Below are positions 44,854-59,111 of a stretch of 64,000 bases of DNA, one piece after another. Source of the DNA: Escherichia coli (GTDB lineage: Bacteria; Pseudomonadota; Gammaproteobacteria; Enterobacterales; Enterobacteriaceae); NCBI RefSeq assembly GCF_016026235.1, contig NZ_CP065613.1; one strand, 5' to 3'. Below the pieces are notes generated by a model. The model worked only from the letters and a program-made list of their open reading frames with translations. It was not told the origin of the DNA and ran no database searches. The first letter of the stretch is position 1; each line of letters opens with the position of its first letter. The position numbers and the translations under genes are program-made.

Positions 44854-46551
44854 TCACGGTTGGCGATCGCGCAAATGTGCGCTGAAGGTTTCAGCATCCA
44901 TAAAGCCCGTGACGCGTGCTTGTGGATGCTCCTGGCCTTGTCCGTCAAAAAAGAGAATTGTCGGTAGGCCAAGGACATTAAGATGCTTTAACAGCGCCAC
45001 ATCTTGTGCGTCGTTGGCCGTGACGTTGGCCTGAAGTAAGACCGTGTCTGCTAACGCTTTTTGCACCTGCGGGTCGCTGAAGGTGTATTTCTCAAACTCT
45101 TTACAGGCGACGCACCAGTCGGCATAAAGATCTAACATCACCGATTTGCCTTTGGCTTCAACGAGCGCCTGATTTAACTCATCTACCGTTTTGATTTGTG
45201 TAAAGTTGAGATGCGTCTGAGTTTGCGCGGTATGCGTCGCACCAAATGCCCAATCCTGAAGTGGGCGCACGCTAACCAATGCCGCTGCCAGCAGGATTAT
45301 TTGCATCACGCGCATCCAGCCGCGTTTGGCCTGTAGGCTGGTGATAAAGGCCCAGCCAAAGAATGCGACACCCAGCGCCGACCACAAGCGTAATCCCCAT
45401 ATATCACCAATCACTCGCTCCAGCAGGAAGACCGGCAGTGCGAGGATCACAAAACCAAACGCGGTTTTGACTTGTTCCATCCACGGGCCGCTTTTCGGCA
45501 GCAAGCGGTTACCAAAGACGGTAATTAGCATCAGCGGCAGGCCCATGCCCAACGCATAGAGATAAAGCGTGCCGCCGCCCAGCCACATGTTCCCGCTTTG
45601 GGCGATATACAGCAGAATCGCGCTAAGCGGTGCGGTGGTGCATGGTGAACAGATCAGTCCGGCAATCGCCCCCATAATAAACACTCCGCCGGGTGAGCCG
45701 CCCTGTTGGCGATTGCTCATCAGCGTGAGGCGCGTTTGCAGCGAGGAGGGGAGTTGTAGAGTAAACAAGCCAAACATTGACATCGCCAGCAAGGTAAAGA
45801 CGATGGCGAGGCCAATGAGCACGTATGGGTGCTGTAGCGCCGCCTGGAACTGTAACCCTGCGGCGGCAACTACCAGACCCAGCGCCGTGTAAGTCAGTGC
45901 CATCCCCTGCACATAAATAAAGGTCAGCAACAATGCTCTGGCAGTGGAGAGCCGCTGTTTACCACCCAGCACGATGCCAGAAATCAGTGGGTACATTGGC
46001 AGCACGCATGGCGTAAAGGCGATACCAATACCGATCAACAACGCCCAGAGCGCGGAAAAGGGCAATTGCGCGGTGGGCTGCTCTTGCTGCGGAACAGACA
46101 CAGGCTGTGGCGCTGCGTTGTTGGCGACCACTTCGCTTAACGGAACGGTTTTGGTTTCTGGCGGATAACAGAAACCGGCATCAGCACAGCCCTGGTAGGT
46201 GACAGTTAACGTCGCTCCCGCACTCGCCTGGTTGATGGTTACGGGAAGCGTCAGCCGATCGCGGTAAATCTCGCTTTTGCCGTAAAACTCATCTTCATGC
46301 CAGACGCCTTGCGGAAGCTGCACGTCGGCAATTTTCGCGTGTTCCGGCGTAATGCGGATCTGTTTACGGTAGAGGTAGTAACCGTCTTTGATCTGCCAGG
46401 TCAGATTAAGGTCATGTTGGTTTTGCTGAAAATCAAAAGTAAAGGCTTGATCCGCGGGGACAAATTGTGAACGTCCCGGCGCGTCGAATAATCCGGCAAA
46501 AACGGAAGTGCTGCAAAGTAGCAGGATCAGCGTAAAGATGCGTTGAGCCAT
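44854..46551 (-). CDS. dsbD: thiol:disulfide interchange protein DsbD
   Basis: Start [19 protein letters not shown]; 565 aa; CVAC thioredoxin motif in C-terminal domain. Confidence 0.92.
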
Positions 46552-46865
46552 GAGAGGTAATCTGTGTCTCCGTGTGTAACAGGTAAAACCAGAAGTTCCG
46601 GGGTTTGATATGGATGATGAGACTTCAGGCATTCCAGCAGTGCCTGCTGGTGAGATACGGTAGTTTTTAAAATCATCTGCACTTCGTATTCTTGCTCCAG
46701 CTTACCTTCCCAGTAATAGAGAGAGGTAGCGCCGGGGATCAAGGTCGCGCAGGCCGCCAGTTTTTCCGCCAGCACTTTGGCAGCTAAATCCTGGGCTGTC
46801 GCTTCATCTGGTGCCGTACATAGCACCACGACAGACGCGGTATTCGAACTTTTTTCATCAAGCAT
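46527..46865 (-). CDS. cutA: divalent-cation tolerance protein CutA
   Basis: Start [21 protein letters not shown]; 112 aa; overlaps dsbD start. Confidence 0.9.
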
Positions 46866-46980
46866 AAACACCTCGCAAGAACAGATGGAACCGCAAGAGA
46901 GAGGTCACTATACAACGTACGGGGGAAGGATGTTAGTCGGCGGGAAAGAAAGCGGGGCGTGAACGCCCCGCGATTGATCA

Positions 46981-48282
46981 TTACAGCATGAAGCTACCCA
47001 GCACGAAGCCGAAGCAAACGGCCAGGGCAACACCCAGAGTACCCGGGATGAAGAACGGATGGTTGAAGACGAATTTACCGATACGGGTAGTACCCGTGTC
47101 ATCCATCTGTACCGCAGCAACCAGCGTCGGGTAGGTCGGCAGAATGAACAGACCAGACACCGCAGCGAAAGAAGCAACAGCGGTCAGCGGAGAAACGTTC
47201 AGTGCCAGAGCCATCGGCATCAGTGCTTTTGCGGTTGCAGCCTGAGAGTACAGCAGAGCAGAAGCAAAGAAGAAGATGACGGCCAGCAGCCACGGATGAC
47301 CCTGAATCACTTCACCAGCGGTATCTTTGATCCAGTCGATGTTGTTGGAAACGAAAGTATCGCCCAGCCACGCAACACCCAGGATACAAATACAGGCGCT
47401 CATACCTGCTTTGAAGGTGCTGGAGTTGAGGATGTTGTCGGTATCAACTTTACAGATAACAGTGGTCAGAGTTGCAACGCTGAGCATGATGATCAGGATT
47501 GCGTTGGTGGTGTTCATCAGCGGTTTTTCAACCAGACCCATGCTTGGGCTGTTGATGATTGCATAGATAACCACGCCAACTACGCCCAGCAGGAACAGCC
47601 AGACGGACGTTTTTGCACCGGATTTGATTTCAATCTGCTTTTCACCGCGCAGTTCAACCAGGCCCTCTTCCAGACGCTTGCGATAAATCGGATCGTCAGA
47701 GAGTTTGGAGTTGAACAGCATAGTGACCAGGAAGGACATCACCAGAACCGCCAGCAGGGTGGACGGGATGACCACGGAGAGCAGATGGAGGTAGCTGATG
47801 CCATGACCTTCCATCACGGAAGACATGTAAACCACTGCCGCTGAGATTGGCGATGCGGTGATCGCAATCTGCGCGGATACCACTGCAGTAGACAGCGGAC
47901 GGGAAGGTTTAACGCCTTGTTCCTTCGCAACTTCAGCGATAACTGGCAGTGTCGCCAGAGAGATGTTGCCAGTACCAGCAAAGATAGTCAGGAAATAGGT
48001 CACGATCGGTGCGAGGATCGTGATGTATTTCGGGTTACGGCGCAGCAGCTTTTCTGTCTGATGAACCAGATAGTCCAGACCGCCAGCAACCTGCATGGCA
48101 GAAATAGCGGCGATAACCGCCATGATAATGGAAATGACATCGAACGGGATGTTACCGGGTTTAACGCCAATAGCGGCAAGAACCAGCACCCCCAATCCGC
48201 CTGCAAAACCAATACCTATTCCCCCCAATCTGGCGCCCAAGAAGATCGCCAGCAAAACTATGATGAGTTCTACAACTAGCAT
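46981..48282 (-). CDS. dcuA: C4-dicarboxylate transporter DcuA
   Basis: 433 aa; cotranscribed downstream of aspA. Confidence 0.93.
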   Translation of the reverse strand: MLVVELIIVLLAIFLGARLGGIGIGFAGGLGVLVLAAIGVKPGNIPFDVISIIMAVIAAISAMQVAGGLDYLVHQTEKLLRRNPKYITILAPIVTYFLTIFAGTGNISLATLPVIAEVAKEQGVKPSRPLSTAVVSAQIAITASPISAAVVYMSSVMEGHGISYLHLLSVVIPSTLLAVLVMSFLVTMLFNSKLSDDPIYRKRLEEGLVELRGEKQIEIKSGAKTSVWLFLLGVVGVVIYAIINSPSMGLVEKPLMNTTNAILIIMLSVATLTTVICKVDTDNILNSSTFKAGMSACICILGVAWLGDTFVSNNIDWIKDTAGEVIQGHPWLLAVIFFFASALLYSQAATAKALMPMALALNVSPLTAVASFAAVSGLFILPTYPTLVAAVQMDDTGTTRIGKFVFNHPFFIPGTLGVALAVCFGFVLGSFML

Positions 48283-48349
48283 ATTAGCCTTCCTTGTTTT
48301 TTAACAAGTTGATATTAGATTGTTATTTTTAAGTTACTGCTCACAAGAA

Positions 48350-48380
48350 AAAAGGCACGTCATCTGACGTGCCTTTTTTA
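48350..48380 (-). terminator. hairpin between aspA and dcuA (attenuator/terminator, bidirectional in form)
   Basis: aaaaaaggcacgtcatctgacgtgcctttttt: symmetric stem with A-run and T-run on either side. Confidence 0.6.
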
Positions 48381-48399
48381 TTTGTACTACCCTGTACGA

Positions 48400-49836
48400 T
48401 TACTGTTCGCTTTCATCAGTATAGCGTTTTGCTTTGTAAGCCGGGTGCATCAGATTCTGTACGGAGAAAATATCGTCAAGTTCCGCTTCAGTCAACAGAC
48501 CGCGTTCCAGAACGACTTCACGTACACTCTTACCGGTTTCGGCACAGATTTTACCCACGATGTCACCGTTGTGGTGACCGATGAACGGGTTCAGGTAAGT
48601 AACGATACCGATAGAGTTGTAAACGTAACCTTCGCACACTTCTTTGTTAGCAGTGATGCCGTTAATGCATTTTTCCAGCAGGTTGTAGCAAGCGTTGGTC
48701 AGAATGTGAACGGATTCGAACATAGCCTGGCCAATGACCGGCTCCATAACGTTCAACTGCAGTTGACCTGCTTCTGCTGCCATGGTAACAGTGGTGTCGT
48801 TACCGATGACTTTGAAGCATACCTGGTTAACCACTTCCGGAACAACCGGGTTTACTTTAGCTGGCATGATGGAAGAGCCCGCCTGCAGTTCCGGCAGGTT
48901 GATCTCGTTCAGGCCGGCACGTGGACCAGAAGAGAGCAAGCGCAGGTCGTTACAGATTTTGGACATCTTCACAGCCAGGCGTTTCAGCGCGCCGTGAACC
49001 ATAACATAAGCGCCGCAGTCAGAGGTCGCTTCGATCAGGTCTTCAGCCGGTACGCATGGGAAGCCAGTAACTTCAGCCAGTTTTTTCACTGCCAGCGGAG
49101 AGTACTCTTTCGGCGTGTTCAGACCAGTACCGATTGCTGTTGCGCCAAGGTTAACTTCCAGCAGCAGTTCAGCGGTACGTTGGATGTTTTTCACTTCTTC
49201 TTTCAGCAGGATGCTGAAAGCGCGGAATTCCTGACCGAGGGTCATCGGTACTGCGTCCTGCAGCTGGGTACGCCCCATTTTCAGGATGTCCTGGAATTCG
49301 ACAGCTTTACGTTCAAAGCCTTCACGCAGTTGGTTAATCGCATCTACCAGCTTAATCAGGGAAGAGTAAACTGCGATACGGAAACCGGTCGGGTAGGCGT
49401 CGTTAGTGGACTGACATTTGTTAACATGGTCGTTCGGGTTCAGGTACTGATATTCACCTTTCTGGTGACCCATCAGTTCCAGACCGATATTGGCCAGCAC
49501 TTCGTTGGTGTTCATGTTTACGGAAGTACCTGCGCCGCCCTGGTAGACGTCTACCGGGAACTGATCCATGCATTTTCCGTTGTTCAGGACTTCATCACAT
49601 GCGGCAATGATGGCATTCGCTACACTTTTAGGAATGGTTTGCAGCTCTTTGTTTGCCATAGCTGCGGCTTTTTTAACCATTACCATACCGCGAACAAATT
49701 CAGGAATATCACTGATTTTGTTGTTGCTGATATAGAAGTTTTCAATCGCTCTCAGAGTGTGAACACCATAGTAGGCATCAGCTGGAACTTCCCTGGTACC
49801 CAACAGATCTTCTTCGATACGAATGTTGTTTGACAT
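48400..49836 (-). CDS. aspA: aspartate ammonia-lyase
   Basis: Start [24 protein letters not shown]; 478 aa; fumarase/aspartase signature [10 protein letters not shown]. Confidence 0.94.
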
Positions 49837-50172
49837 GTGAACCTTCTTTTTCAAGCTGCCAATGATTTGCTTTAAACACACAGAATATATGTGGTTTCGA
49901 ATGTTTTTCGACCGACGATTATCCCCTGCATCGACCGAATACCCGAGATCATATGCTGCTTGAGGATTTCTACCGTAATCTGGATCACTTTAAGTGTCGG
50001 TTTTTACCCCTTAATTATTAATTTGTGAAATAGATCACCGCTTTGGGATTACTACCAAAAATAGTTGCGCAAACATCTTGAAATTTTGCTAATGACCACA
50101 ATATAAGCTGAACGCGATTCGCAACCCATTCAGGTAGCCGGGTTTTACCGGCTGCTATTACAGGAGAAACCT

Positions 50173-50649
50173 TTGCGCTGGTTACCTTTTATTGCCATTT
50201 TCCTTTATGTCTATATTGAGATTTCAATCTTTATTCAGGTTGCCCATGTATTGGGGGTATTGCTGACCCTCGTGCTGGTTATATTCACGTCAGTTATCGG
50301 TATGTCACTGGTACGTAACCAGGGCTTTAAGAATTTCGTGCTGATGCAGCAAAAAATGGCGGCGGGTGAAAACCCAGCGGCGGAGATGATTAAAAGTGTT
50401 TCGCTGATCATTGCCGGTTTGCTGCTTTTATTACCGGGCTTTTTCACCGACTTCCTCGGTCTTCTGCTTTTATTGCCGCCGGTGCAAAAGCATCTGACAG
50501 TGAAGTTGATGCCGCATTTGCGCTTTTCTCGTATGCCAGGCGGCGGTTTTAGCGCCGGGACCGGTGGCGGTAATACTTTTGATGGTGAGTACCAGCGAAA
50601 GGATGATGACCGCGACCGCCTTGATCATAAAGACGATCGCCAGGATTAA
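50173..50649 (+). CDS. fxsA: inner membrane protein FxsA
   Basis: 158 aa; hydrophobic N-terminus, acidic C-terminal tail. Confidence 0.88.
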   Translation: MRWLPFIAIFLYVYIEISIFIQVAHVLGVLLTLVLVIFTSVIGMSLVRNQGFKNFVLMQQKMAAGENPAAEMIKSVSLIIAGLLLLLPGFFTDFLGLLLLLPPVQKHLTVKLMPHLRFSRMPGGGFSAGTGGGNTFDGEYQRKDDDRDRLDHKDDRQD

Positions 50650-50664
50650 TGTCGAAACGCCGGA

Positions 50665-51921
50665 TTATGTGGTTATGCCATTTTCCGGCGTTTTTCGTTT
50701 TGGCAAAAACAGCCATAACCCCGCCAGCATGAGCAGCGCATAGAGACTTTTCCAGCCGACCATTGCCAGTAACAGAACGCATAACAGCCCGCCAACGACC
50801 GCCAGTAGTCGATAACGTCCTTGCAATAATTTACAGCCTGCCAGCATGCATAACAGATAAATCATAATAAAGATGCCATTGGCATAAATAATAAGAGCGT
50901 CCAGATTGATCTCTAAAGCATGAATCACCAGCGTGCTCACCACGCAGCAGCCGAGCACCGCATTGAGGGCATTATTCGGGATATGGCGAGAAGAGAGGCG
51001 CGCGAGGTAGTGGTCAGGATTATGTTGCGCCTGCGACCAGACCAGACGGGCGAAGCTCTGTATATAAATGTTGAGACTGGCAAAGCAGGCCAGATAGCCA
51101 ATCACGCAGGCAATCCATAACGCTCCTACTCCGAACAGTTGCACTACAATTTTTGGAAGCGATGCTGCCGCCGCCATTTGTTCACCATAGGCGTCGAAGT
51201 GTAAGACGACTACCGTACAGCCCCAGTAGACTAATCCTGCCAGCAGCAGACCAATCATCAAAGCACGAGGAAAATCACGTTCTGGATTTTTAAATTCCGA
51301 GGCAAGATGGGCAAATGCTTCAAGACCGACAAAACACCAGAACATCACTGATAACGCAGCAAATAACCCGGTAAGTTCGATATTTATTGGCGCGGGGAAG
51401 GGGATACTCGCAGGTTTGATATCGCCCGCCCACCAGATAGCGACAATCAGTGCGACGATAAGTCCGGCAATAACGGTTTGTAGATTTGCACTGGAACTGG
51501 CACCGCGAGTACCGATATACCACACCAACGCCAGCGTACCGAGTTCTGCCAACAACAGTTGCCAGCTATGCCAGCCAAACATCGCCTGGCCGAACCCGGC
51601 AGCAATTTGTAGTGCGGCGGGTAAACCCACAGGAATGACTGATAAAAACAGCCAGCCGGTGACTCGCTCAAGCCGCGAACCAAACGCCATACCTACGAAG
51701 TGCGCGACGCCGCCTGCGCTGGGATAGTGGCGACCCAGAATCGCAAACACAATCGCAATCGGGAACACTAAGATAATCAAAACGGGCCACGCCCACAGGC
51801 TGTTATTGCCCGCTACCAGTGCAGCTAACGCAGGAACGGCAAACACGCCAGTGCCTAATAATGACGTCGATAGCAGGCCAACGCCCTGGGCCAGCCCCAG
51901 TTCTTGTTTGAGTCCACTCAT
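50665..51921 (-). CDS. yjeH: APC-family amino acid exporter YjeH
   Basis: Start MSGLKQELGLAQGVGLL; 418 aa. Confidence 0.88.
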   Translation of the reverse strand: MSGLKQELGLAQGVGLLSTSLLGTGVFAVPALAALVAGNNSLWAWPVLIILVFPIAIVFAILGRHYPSAGGVAHFVGMAFGSRLERVTGWLFLSVIPVGLPAALQIAAGFGQAMFGWHSWQLLLAELGTLALVWYIGTRGASSSANLQTVIAGLIVALIVAIWWAGDIKPASIPFPAPINIELTGLFAALSVMFWCFVGLEAFAHLASEFKNPERDFPRALMIGLLLAGLVYWGCTVVVLHFDAYGEQMAAAASLPKIVVQLFGVGALWIACVIGYLACFASLNIYIQSFARLVWSQAQHNPDHYLARLSSRHIPNNALNAVLGCCVVSTLVIHALEINLDALIIYANGIFIMIYLLCMLAGCKLLQGRYRLLAVVGGLLCVLLLAMVGWKSLYALLMLAGLWLFLPKRKTPENGITT

Positions 51922-52084
51922 GGGTTGATGTCCGATTGCGCCCAAATTTTGGGCAACTGCGTAGATTTTCGATGGTAGCACAATCAGATTCGCTTATGAC
52001 GGCGATGAAGAAATTGCGATGAAATGTGAGGTGAATCAGGGTTTTCACCCGATTTTGTGCTGATCAGAATTTTTTTTCTTTTTC

Positions 52085-52120
52085 CCCCTTGAAGGGGCGA
52101 AGCCTCATCCCCATTTCTCT
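52085..52120 (+). promoter_or_regulatory. sigma-32 heat-shock promoter of groSL
   Basis: ccCTTGAAgg (-35) and CCCCATTTC (-10) match the sigma-32 consensus, ~80 bp upstream of groS. Confidence 0.7.
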
Positions 52121-52145
52121 GGTCACCAGCCGGGAAACCACGTAA

Positions 52146-52490
<345 letters not shown>

Positions 52491-52521
52491 TCCTCGCACG
52501 ACACTGAACATACGAATTTAA

Positions 52522-54180
<1,659 letters not shown>

Positions 54181-54207
54181 TTGCCCTGCACCTCGCAGAA
54201 ATAAACA

Positions 54208-54240
54208 AACCCCCGGGCAGAAATGTCTGGGGGTTTTTCT
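54208..54240 (+). terminator. groSL intrinsic terminator
   Basis: aaacccccgggcagaaatgtctgggggtttttctttt. Confidence 0.8.
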
Positions 54241-54317
54241 TTTGGTCATCTTTCTAGTATAAGATTCAGACACGGACGACGCGAGTGGCGTCCAGCTCAT
54301 TGATTATGGGGAATAAC

Positions 54318-54671
54318 ATGCACGTAAAATACTTAGCAGGGATTGTCGGTGCCGCGCTACTGATGGCGGGTTGTAGCTCCAGCAACGAATTGAGTGCTGC
54401 CGGTCAGAGTGTACGCATTGTGGACGAGCAGCCAGGCGCAGAGTGCCAGCTGATTGGTACTGCGACAGGTAAGCAAAGCAACTGGCTTTCCGGGCAACAC
54501 GGAGAAGAGGGCGGTTCTATGCGCGGCGCAGCAAACGATCTGCGCAACCAGGCGGCTGCAATGGGCGGTAACGTGATTTATGGCATCAGTAGCCCGTCGC
54601 AGGGAATGTTGTCCAGTTTTGTCCCGACGGATAGCCAGATTATCGGTCAGGTTTATAAGTGCCCGAACTGA
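54318..54671 (+). CDS. yjeI: lipoprotein YjeI
   Basis: Start MHVKYLAGIVGAALLMAGCSS (lipobox); 117 aa. Confidence 0.85.
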   Translation: MHVKYLAGIVGAALLMAGCSSSNELSAAGQSVRIVDEQPGAECQLIGTATGKQSNWLSGQHGEEGGSMRGAANDLRNQAAAMGGNVIYGISSPSQGMLSSFVPTDSQIIGQVYKCPN

Positions 54672-54705
54672 TGTGATCCAGAGGCTGGGTGACAAACGTA
54701 TAATT

Positions 54706-54808
<103 letters not shown>

Positions 54809-54873
54809 CCAACGATCACGTTATCAGTCATTTCAGGCTGGATGGCTCCAGCCTCGCATTAGCAAAGATAAGA

Positions 54874-55743
54874 TTATTTCGCCTGTGGTGCAGTTTTGCT
54901 GGTGGATTGAACACGTAAGTGATGCAGCGCGCGTAAGCATTGATCCTGGGTTAGCGGTTGGGCGTTATTTGCCGCTACGGTGCGAACATAGACCTGACAT
55001 GGCACACCCGCGAGTTTTTTCAGTCGTGGGCTGAAATCAAGCATTCGGCGAGTGATCGCCTCTACTTCTTTACCCGGCGTTGCTTCACGCGTTTTCACCA
55101 CTGCGCCGCTAAATTGTTCTTTGCCACTTTCATCTTTAAAGCGGTAAAGCACCGCCAGATAATGGTCGAACAAGTTATGTTTCCATTCCGGTTGGGAATA
55201 GGTGTCATATTCCAGATTGCCATTTTCCTGGCAGTCAACGTCATATAACGGCAGGAAATCTAACAGTGAGGTAATACGTAATGCCAGTTCACGCATTTCC
55301 GCATTATTAATTGCATGAATGATTGCTCGCGCCAGCATTTCAATCTGCAACTCATTGACGACTAACTCACATTTGCTACCGTCATGTAGCGTTAATACGA
55401 AGGTAAGATTTTCGCCTTGATTATCGGTAAGTTCCAGCGTGTTAACCCGACGATTAATATCGGCATTTTTAAGCTCATCAACCAGAATTTCTGGGATATT
55501 TTCTGCCATTTTCTTAATGACTTTATCGCGAGCTTGCTCATACTGAAGGCGTGTAGCAGCATCCAGTTTATGCTTTTGATGCAGACGACTTTCCAGCGCA
55601 ATCAGCAGGTCGCGCAGTTCCATGACAGACATAAAGAACAACGATTCTTTATTGCGAGGTTCTTTAATTTTCAGCGCCAGTGCAATGAAATTATTACTCT
55701 TGCGAATAACACCGGTATTAACACCCTTGATGCTTATGGCCAT
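54874..55743 (-). CDS. yjeJ: uncharacterised protein YjeJ
   Basis: 289 aa ORF in AT-rich context. Confidence 0.8.
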   Translation of the reverse strand: MAISIKGVNTGVIRKSNNFIALALKIKEPRNKESLFFMSVMELRDLLIALESRLHQKHKLDAATRLQYEQARDKVIKKMAENIPEILVDELKNADINRRVNTLELTDNQGENLTFVLTLHDGSKCELVVNELQIEMLARAIIHAINNAEMRELALRITSLLDFLPLYDVDCQENGNLEYDTYSQPEWKHNLFDHYLAVLYRFKDESGKEQFSGAVVKTREATPGKEVEAITRRMLDFSPRLKKLAGVPCQVYVRTVAANNAQPLTQDQCLRALHHLRVQSTSKTAPQAK

Positions 55744-56004
55744 GTAGGTTCTCCCTAACCATTTCTCAATTAAATAATTAATTTTAATTTATAAGCCAGA
55801 TAAATGGGCTTGGTAGTAATAGTTGTTAAAATAACATAAATAGCCGTACTCACTCTATATAAACAGAAAAGAAAGGTTAATTATTGGTGTTAGTTATATA
55901 AAGAGTAACAACAGCAATACATATGAATAATTAAAGGTTATGCAACGTGCAAAGATTAAATTTTCCAGTTTAATGACAGGTTGCTGTACTTGCGTTTGTT
56001 GCTC

Positions 56005-56106
56005 TTGCCGGATGTGGCGTAAACGCCTTATCCGGCCTACAGTTCATTGCAAATCCATTCAATTTCAATGCACGATGTAGGCCTGATAAGCGTAGCGCAT
56101 CAGGCA
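56005..56106. repeat. REP elements upstream of yjeJ / downstream of epmB
   Basis: gccggatgtggcgtaaacgccttatccggcctac and gtaggcctgataagcgtagcgcatcaggc. Confidence 0.8.
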
Positions 56107-56137
56107 ATTTTAATGTTTAACTTCCCTGTTTAATCAG

Positions 56138-57166
56138 TTACTGCTGGCGTAGCTGGAGATCCAGCGGCGTTTTGCTGGGTTCGCCGCCGATTTCTCGCGC
56201 CAGTTTCGGCACCAGATAACCCGACACCAATGTCAGCAACTCACGCATAATCTGCCGTGCTTCGTCATCACTCACCATAAAATGCGCCGCGCCCTGTACT
56301 TTATCGAGCACATGCAGGTAATACGGCATCACGCCGGCATCGAACAACGCATTACTCAGGTTTGCCAACGTTTGTGCGTTATCGTTCACACCACGTAACA
56401 GAACGCTCTGGTTAAGCAGGGTGACACCGACACGGCGCAATTTAGCCATCGCCTGACGGAACGTTTCATCTACCTCATTGGCATGATTGATGTGATTCAC
56501 CAGCAAGATTTGCAGCGTAGAACGGGCAAAGCGTTCAACCAGCGCCTCGGTGATGCGTGCCGGGATCACAATCGGCAGACGACTGTGAATCCGCAGACGT
56601 TTGATATGCGGGATGGCTTCCAGTTGTGTGAGCAACCAGTCCAGCTCGTGATCTTTCGCCATCAGCGGATCGCCGCCGGAGAAAATCATCTCGTCCAGTT
56701 CCGGATGCGCAGCAACATACTCAAGTGCAGTTTGCCAGTTACGCTTGTTGCCCTGATTTTCGGCATAGGGGAAGTGACGACGGAAGCAATAGCGGCAATT
56801 TACCGCGCAGCCGCCTTTGACCAGCAAAAGCGCCCGGTTGTGGTATTTATGCAACAAACCAGGCACTACGCTGTGCTGTTCTTCCAGTGGGTCGGTGGAG
56901 AATCCGGGTGCGACGACAAACTCATCTTGCGAGGTAAGTACCTGACGCAAAAGAGGATCGCCCGGATTGCCTTTCTCCATTCGATCGATAAATGAGCGGG
57001 GCACACGCAGGGCAAACAGCTTTTTGGCGCTGCGTCCGGCCAACAGTTTTTCGTCCGCGTCTATATTCAAAAGACGCAGAAGTTCATCAGGATCGGTCAC
57101 AACATCGGCAAGTTGCGTTAACCAATCTTCTCTGGATGGGGTATTTAGGGTTACAATATGCGCCAT
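56138..57166 (-). CDS. epmB: EF-P beta-lysylation lysine 2,3-aminomutase
   Basis: 342 aa; radical-SAM CxxxCxxC (CAVNCRYCFRR). Confidence 0.92.
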   Translation of the reverse strand: MAHIVTLNTPSREDWLTQLADVVTDPDELLRLLNIDADEKLLAGRSAKKLFALRVPRSFIDRMEKGNPGDPLLRQVLTSQDEFVVAPGFSTDPLEEQHSVVPGLLHKYHNRALLLVKGGCAVNCRYCFRRHFPYAENQGNKRNWQTALEYVAAHPELDEMIFSGGDPLMAKDHELDWLLTQLEAIPHIKRLRIHSRLPIVIPARITEALVERFARSTLQILLVNHINHANEVDETFRQAMAKLRRVGVTLLNQSVLLRGVNDNAQTLANLSNALFDAGVMPYYLHVLDKVQGAAHFMVSDDEARQIMRELLTLVSGYLVPKLAREIGGEPSKTPLDLQLRQQ

Positions 57167-57207
57167 TTTGTGGCTTAGCTACCAATTAACAAATTTCAGA
57201 GGGCCTT

Positions 57208-57774
57208 ATGGCAACGTACTATAGCAACGATTTTCGTGCTGGTCTTAAAATCATGTTAGACGGCGAACCTTACGCGGTTGAAGCGAGTGAATTCGTAAAA
57301 CCGGGTAAAGGCCAGGCATTTGCTCGCGTTAAACTGCGTCGTCTGCTGACCGGTACTCGCGTAGAAAAAACCTTCAAATCTACTGATTCCGCTGAAGGCG
57401 CTGATGTTGTCGATATGAACCTGACTTACCTGTACAACGACGGTGAGTTCTGGCACTTCATGAACAACGAAACTTTCGAGCAGCTGTCTGCTGATGCAAA
57501 AGCAATTGGCGATAACGCTAAATGGCTGCTGGATCAGGCAGAGTGTATCGTAACTCTGTGGAATGGTCAGCCGATCTCCGTTACTCCGCCGAACTTCGTT
57601 GAACTGGAAATCGTTGATACCGATCCGGGCCTGAAAGGTGATACCGCAGGTACTGGCGGCAAACCGGCTACCCTGTCTACTGGCGCTGTGGTTAAAGTTC
57701 CGCTGTTCGTACAAATCGGCGAAGTCATCAAAGTGGATACCCGCTCTGGTGAATACGTCTCTCGCGTGAAGTAA
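57208..57774 (+). CDS. efp: elongation factor P
   Basis: 188 aa; [22 protein letters not shown]... with KPGKGQA loop. Confidence 0.97.
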
Positions 57775-57825
57775 TGCGGTTATGGTGCGGCCTGCAGGCT
57801 GCACCATCACTTATTCAGGTCAGAG

Positions 57826-57951
57826 ATGATGAAACGCCTTATCGTTCTTGTTTTGCTTGCCAGCACGCTGCTCACGGGCTGTAACACCGCTCGCGGTTTC
57901 GGCGAAGACATCAAACATCTCGGCAACTCCATCTCTCGCGCTGCCAGCTAA
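57826..57951 (+). CDS. ecnA: entericidin A small lipoprotein (41 aa)
   Basis: [41 protein letters not shown]; lipobox LTGC; below ORF-track size cutoff. Confidence 0.8.
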   Translation: MMKRLIVLVLLASTLLTGCNTARGFGEDIKHLGNSISRAAS

Positions 57952-58061
57952 TTTTTCTTCTCTTCCGAAAAATCATCAGATTTCCGTCATTTTTGGCGAT
58001 GTTGTCTATTATTAATTTGCTATAGGCAAACATAAATAACATTACCTAAAAGGAAGACGTT

Positions 58062-58208
58062 ATGGTGAAGAAGACAATTGCAGCGATCTTTTCTGTTCTG
58101 GTGCTTTCAACAGTATTAACTGCCTGCAACACCACGCGTGGCGTTGGTGAAGACATTTCTGATGGCGGTAACGCGATTTCTGGTGCAGCAACGAAAGCGC
58201 AGCAATAA
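58062..58208 (+). CDS. ecnB: entericidin B small lipoprotein (48 aa)
   Basis: [48 protein letters not shown]; paralog of ecnA. Confidence 0.8.
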
Positions 58209-58244
58209 GCAATATGATCCTACCCACGTAATATGGACACAGGC

Positions 58245-59111
58245 CTAAGCGAGGTTCTGGTTTTCAAATTGTTCCGGACTGAGGCCGCCACACCAACTGT
58301 GCCGCCGCCACCGATTGTAATCACATTCGATATAATTAAACACCGTTGCCCGCATTATTTCCCAGCTGATAAAGTGTTCTCCATGGATACATTCCACTTT
58401 CAGCGAATGAAAGAAGCTTTCCACGCAGGCATTATCGTAGCAGCAACCTTTTGCGCTCATACTTCCACGCAGATTATGCCGCTTCAGTTGCGCCTGATAA
58501 TCTGCTGAACAGTACTGGCCTCCACGGTCCGTGTGAACGATAACGTTCCGGGGCCTCTTACGCCGCCACAGCGCCATCTGCAGGGCATCGCAGGCCAGTT
58601 GCGCCGTCATGCGTGGCGACATTGACCAGCCAATAACGGCACGTGACCACAGGTCAATGACCACTGCCAGATACAGCCAGCCTTCATCTGTACGTAAGTA
58701 CGTGATGTCTCCTGCCCACTTCTGGTTCGGGCCACTGGCGTAAAAATCCTGCTCCAACAGATTTTCTGACACAGGCAGGCCGTGTGCGCGGTAGCTGACC
58801 GGGCTGAACTTCCGGGAGGCATTTGCCCTCAGTCCCTGACGGCGCAGGCTTGCCGCCACGGTTTTTACGTTAAAGGGGTAACCCTGAGCACGCAGTTCAT
58901 CCGTCAGGCGTGGGGCACCGTAACGCTGTTTTGACCGGGTAAAAGCCGCGAGGACAACGCTGTCGCAGTGTTGGCGGAACTGCTGACGCGTGCTTATCCT
59001 TGTCCGCCGCTGACACCACGTATACCAGCCGCTGCGGGCCACCCGGAACACGCGGCACATTGCTTTGATGCTGAACTCAGCCTGATGTTTTTCAATAAAG
59101 ACATACTTCAT
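58245..59111 (-). CDS. insF: IS3 transposase OrfB (DDE integrase domain)
   Basis: 288 aa; [21 protein letters not shown]...; ATGA overlap with orfA stop. Confidence 0.9.
   Translation of the reverse strand: MKYVFIEKHQAEFSIKAMCRVFRVARSGWYTWCQRRTRISTRQQFRQHCDSVVLAAFTRSKQRYGAPRLTDELRAQGYPFNVKTVAASLRRQGLRANASRKFSPVSYRAHGLPVSENLLEQDFYASGPNQKWAGDITYLRTDEGWLYLAVVIDLWSRAVIGWSMSPRMTAQLACDALQMALWRRKRPRNVIVHTDRGGQYCSADYQAQLKRHNLRGSMSAKGCCYDNACVESFFHSLKVECIHGEHFISWEIMRATVFNYIECDYNRWRRHSWCGGLSPEQFENQNLA

Noticed and set aside
48382-49833. 483-aa ORF antisense to aspA
   Set aside because: Completely overlapped by the aspartase gene, which is a confident identification; antisense artefact.
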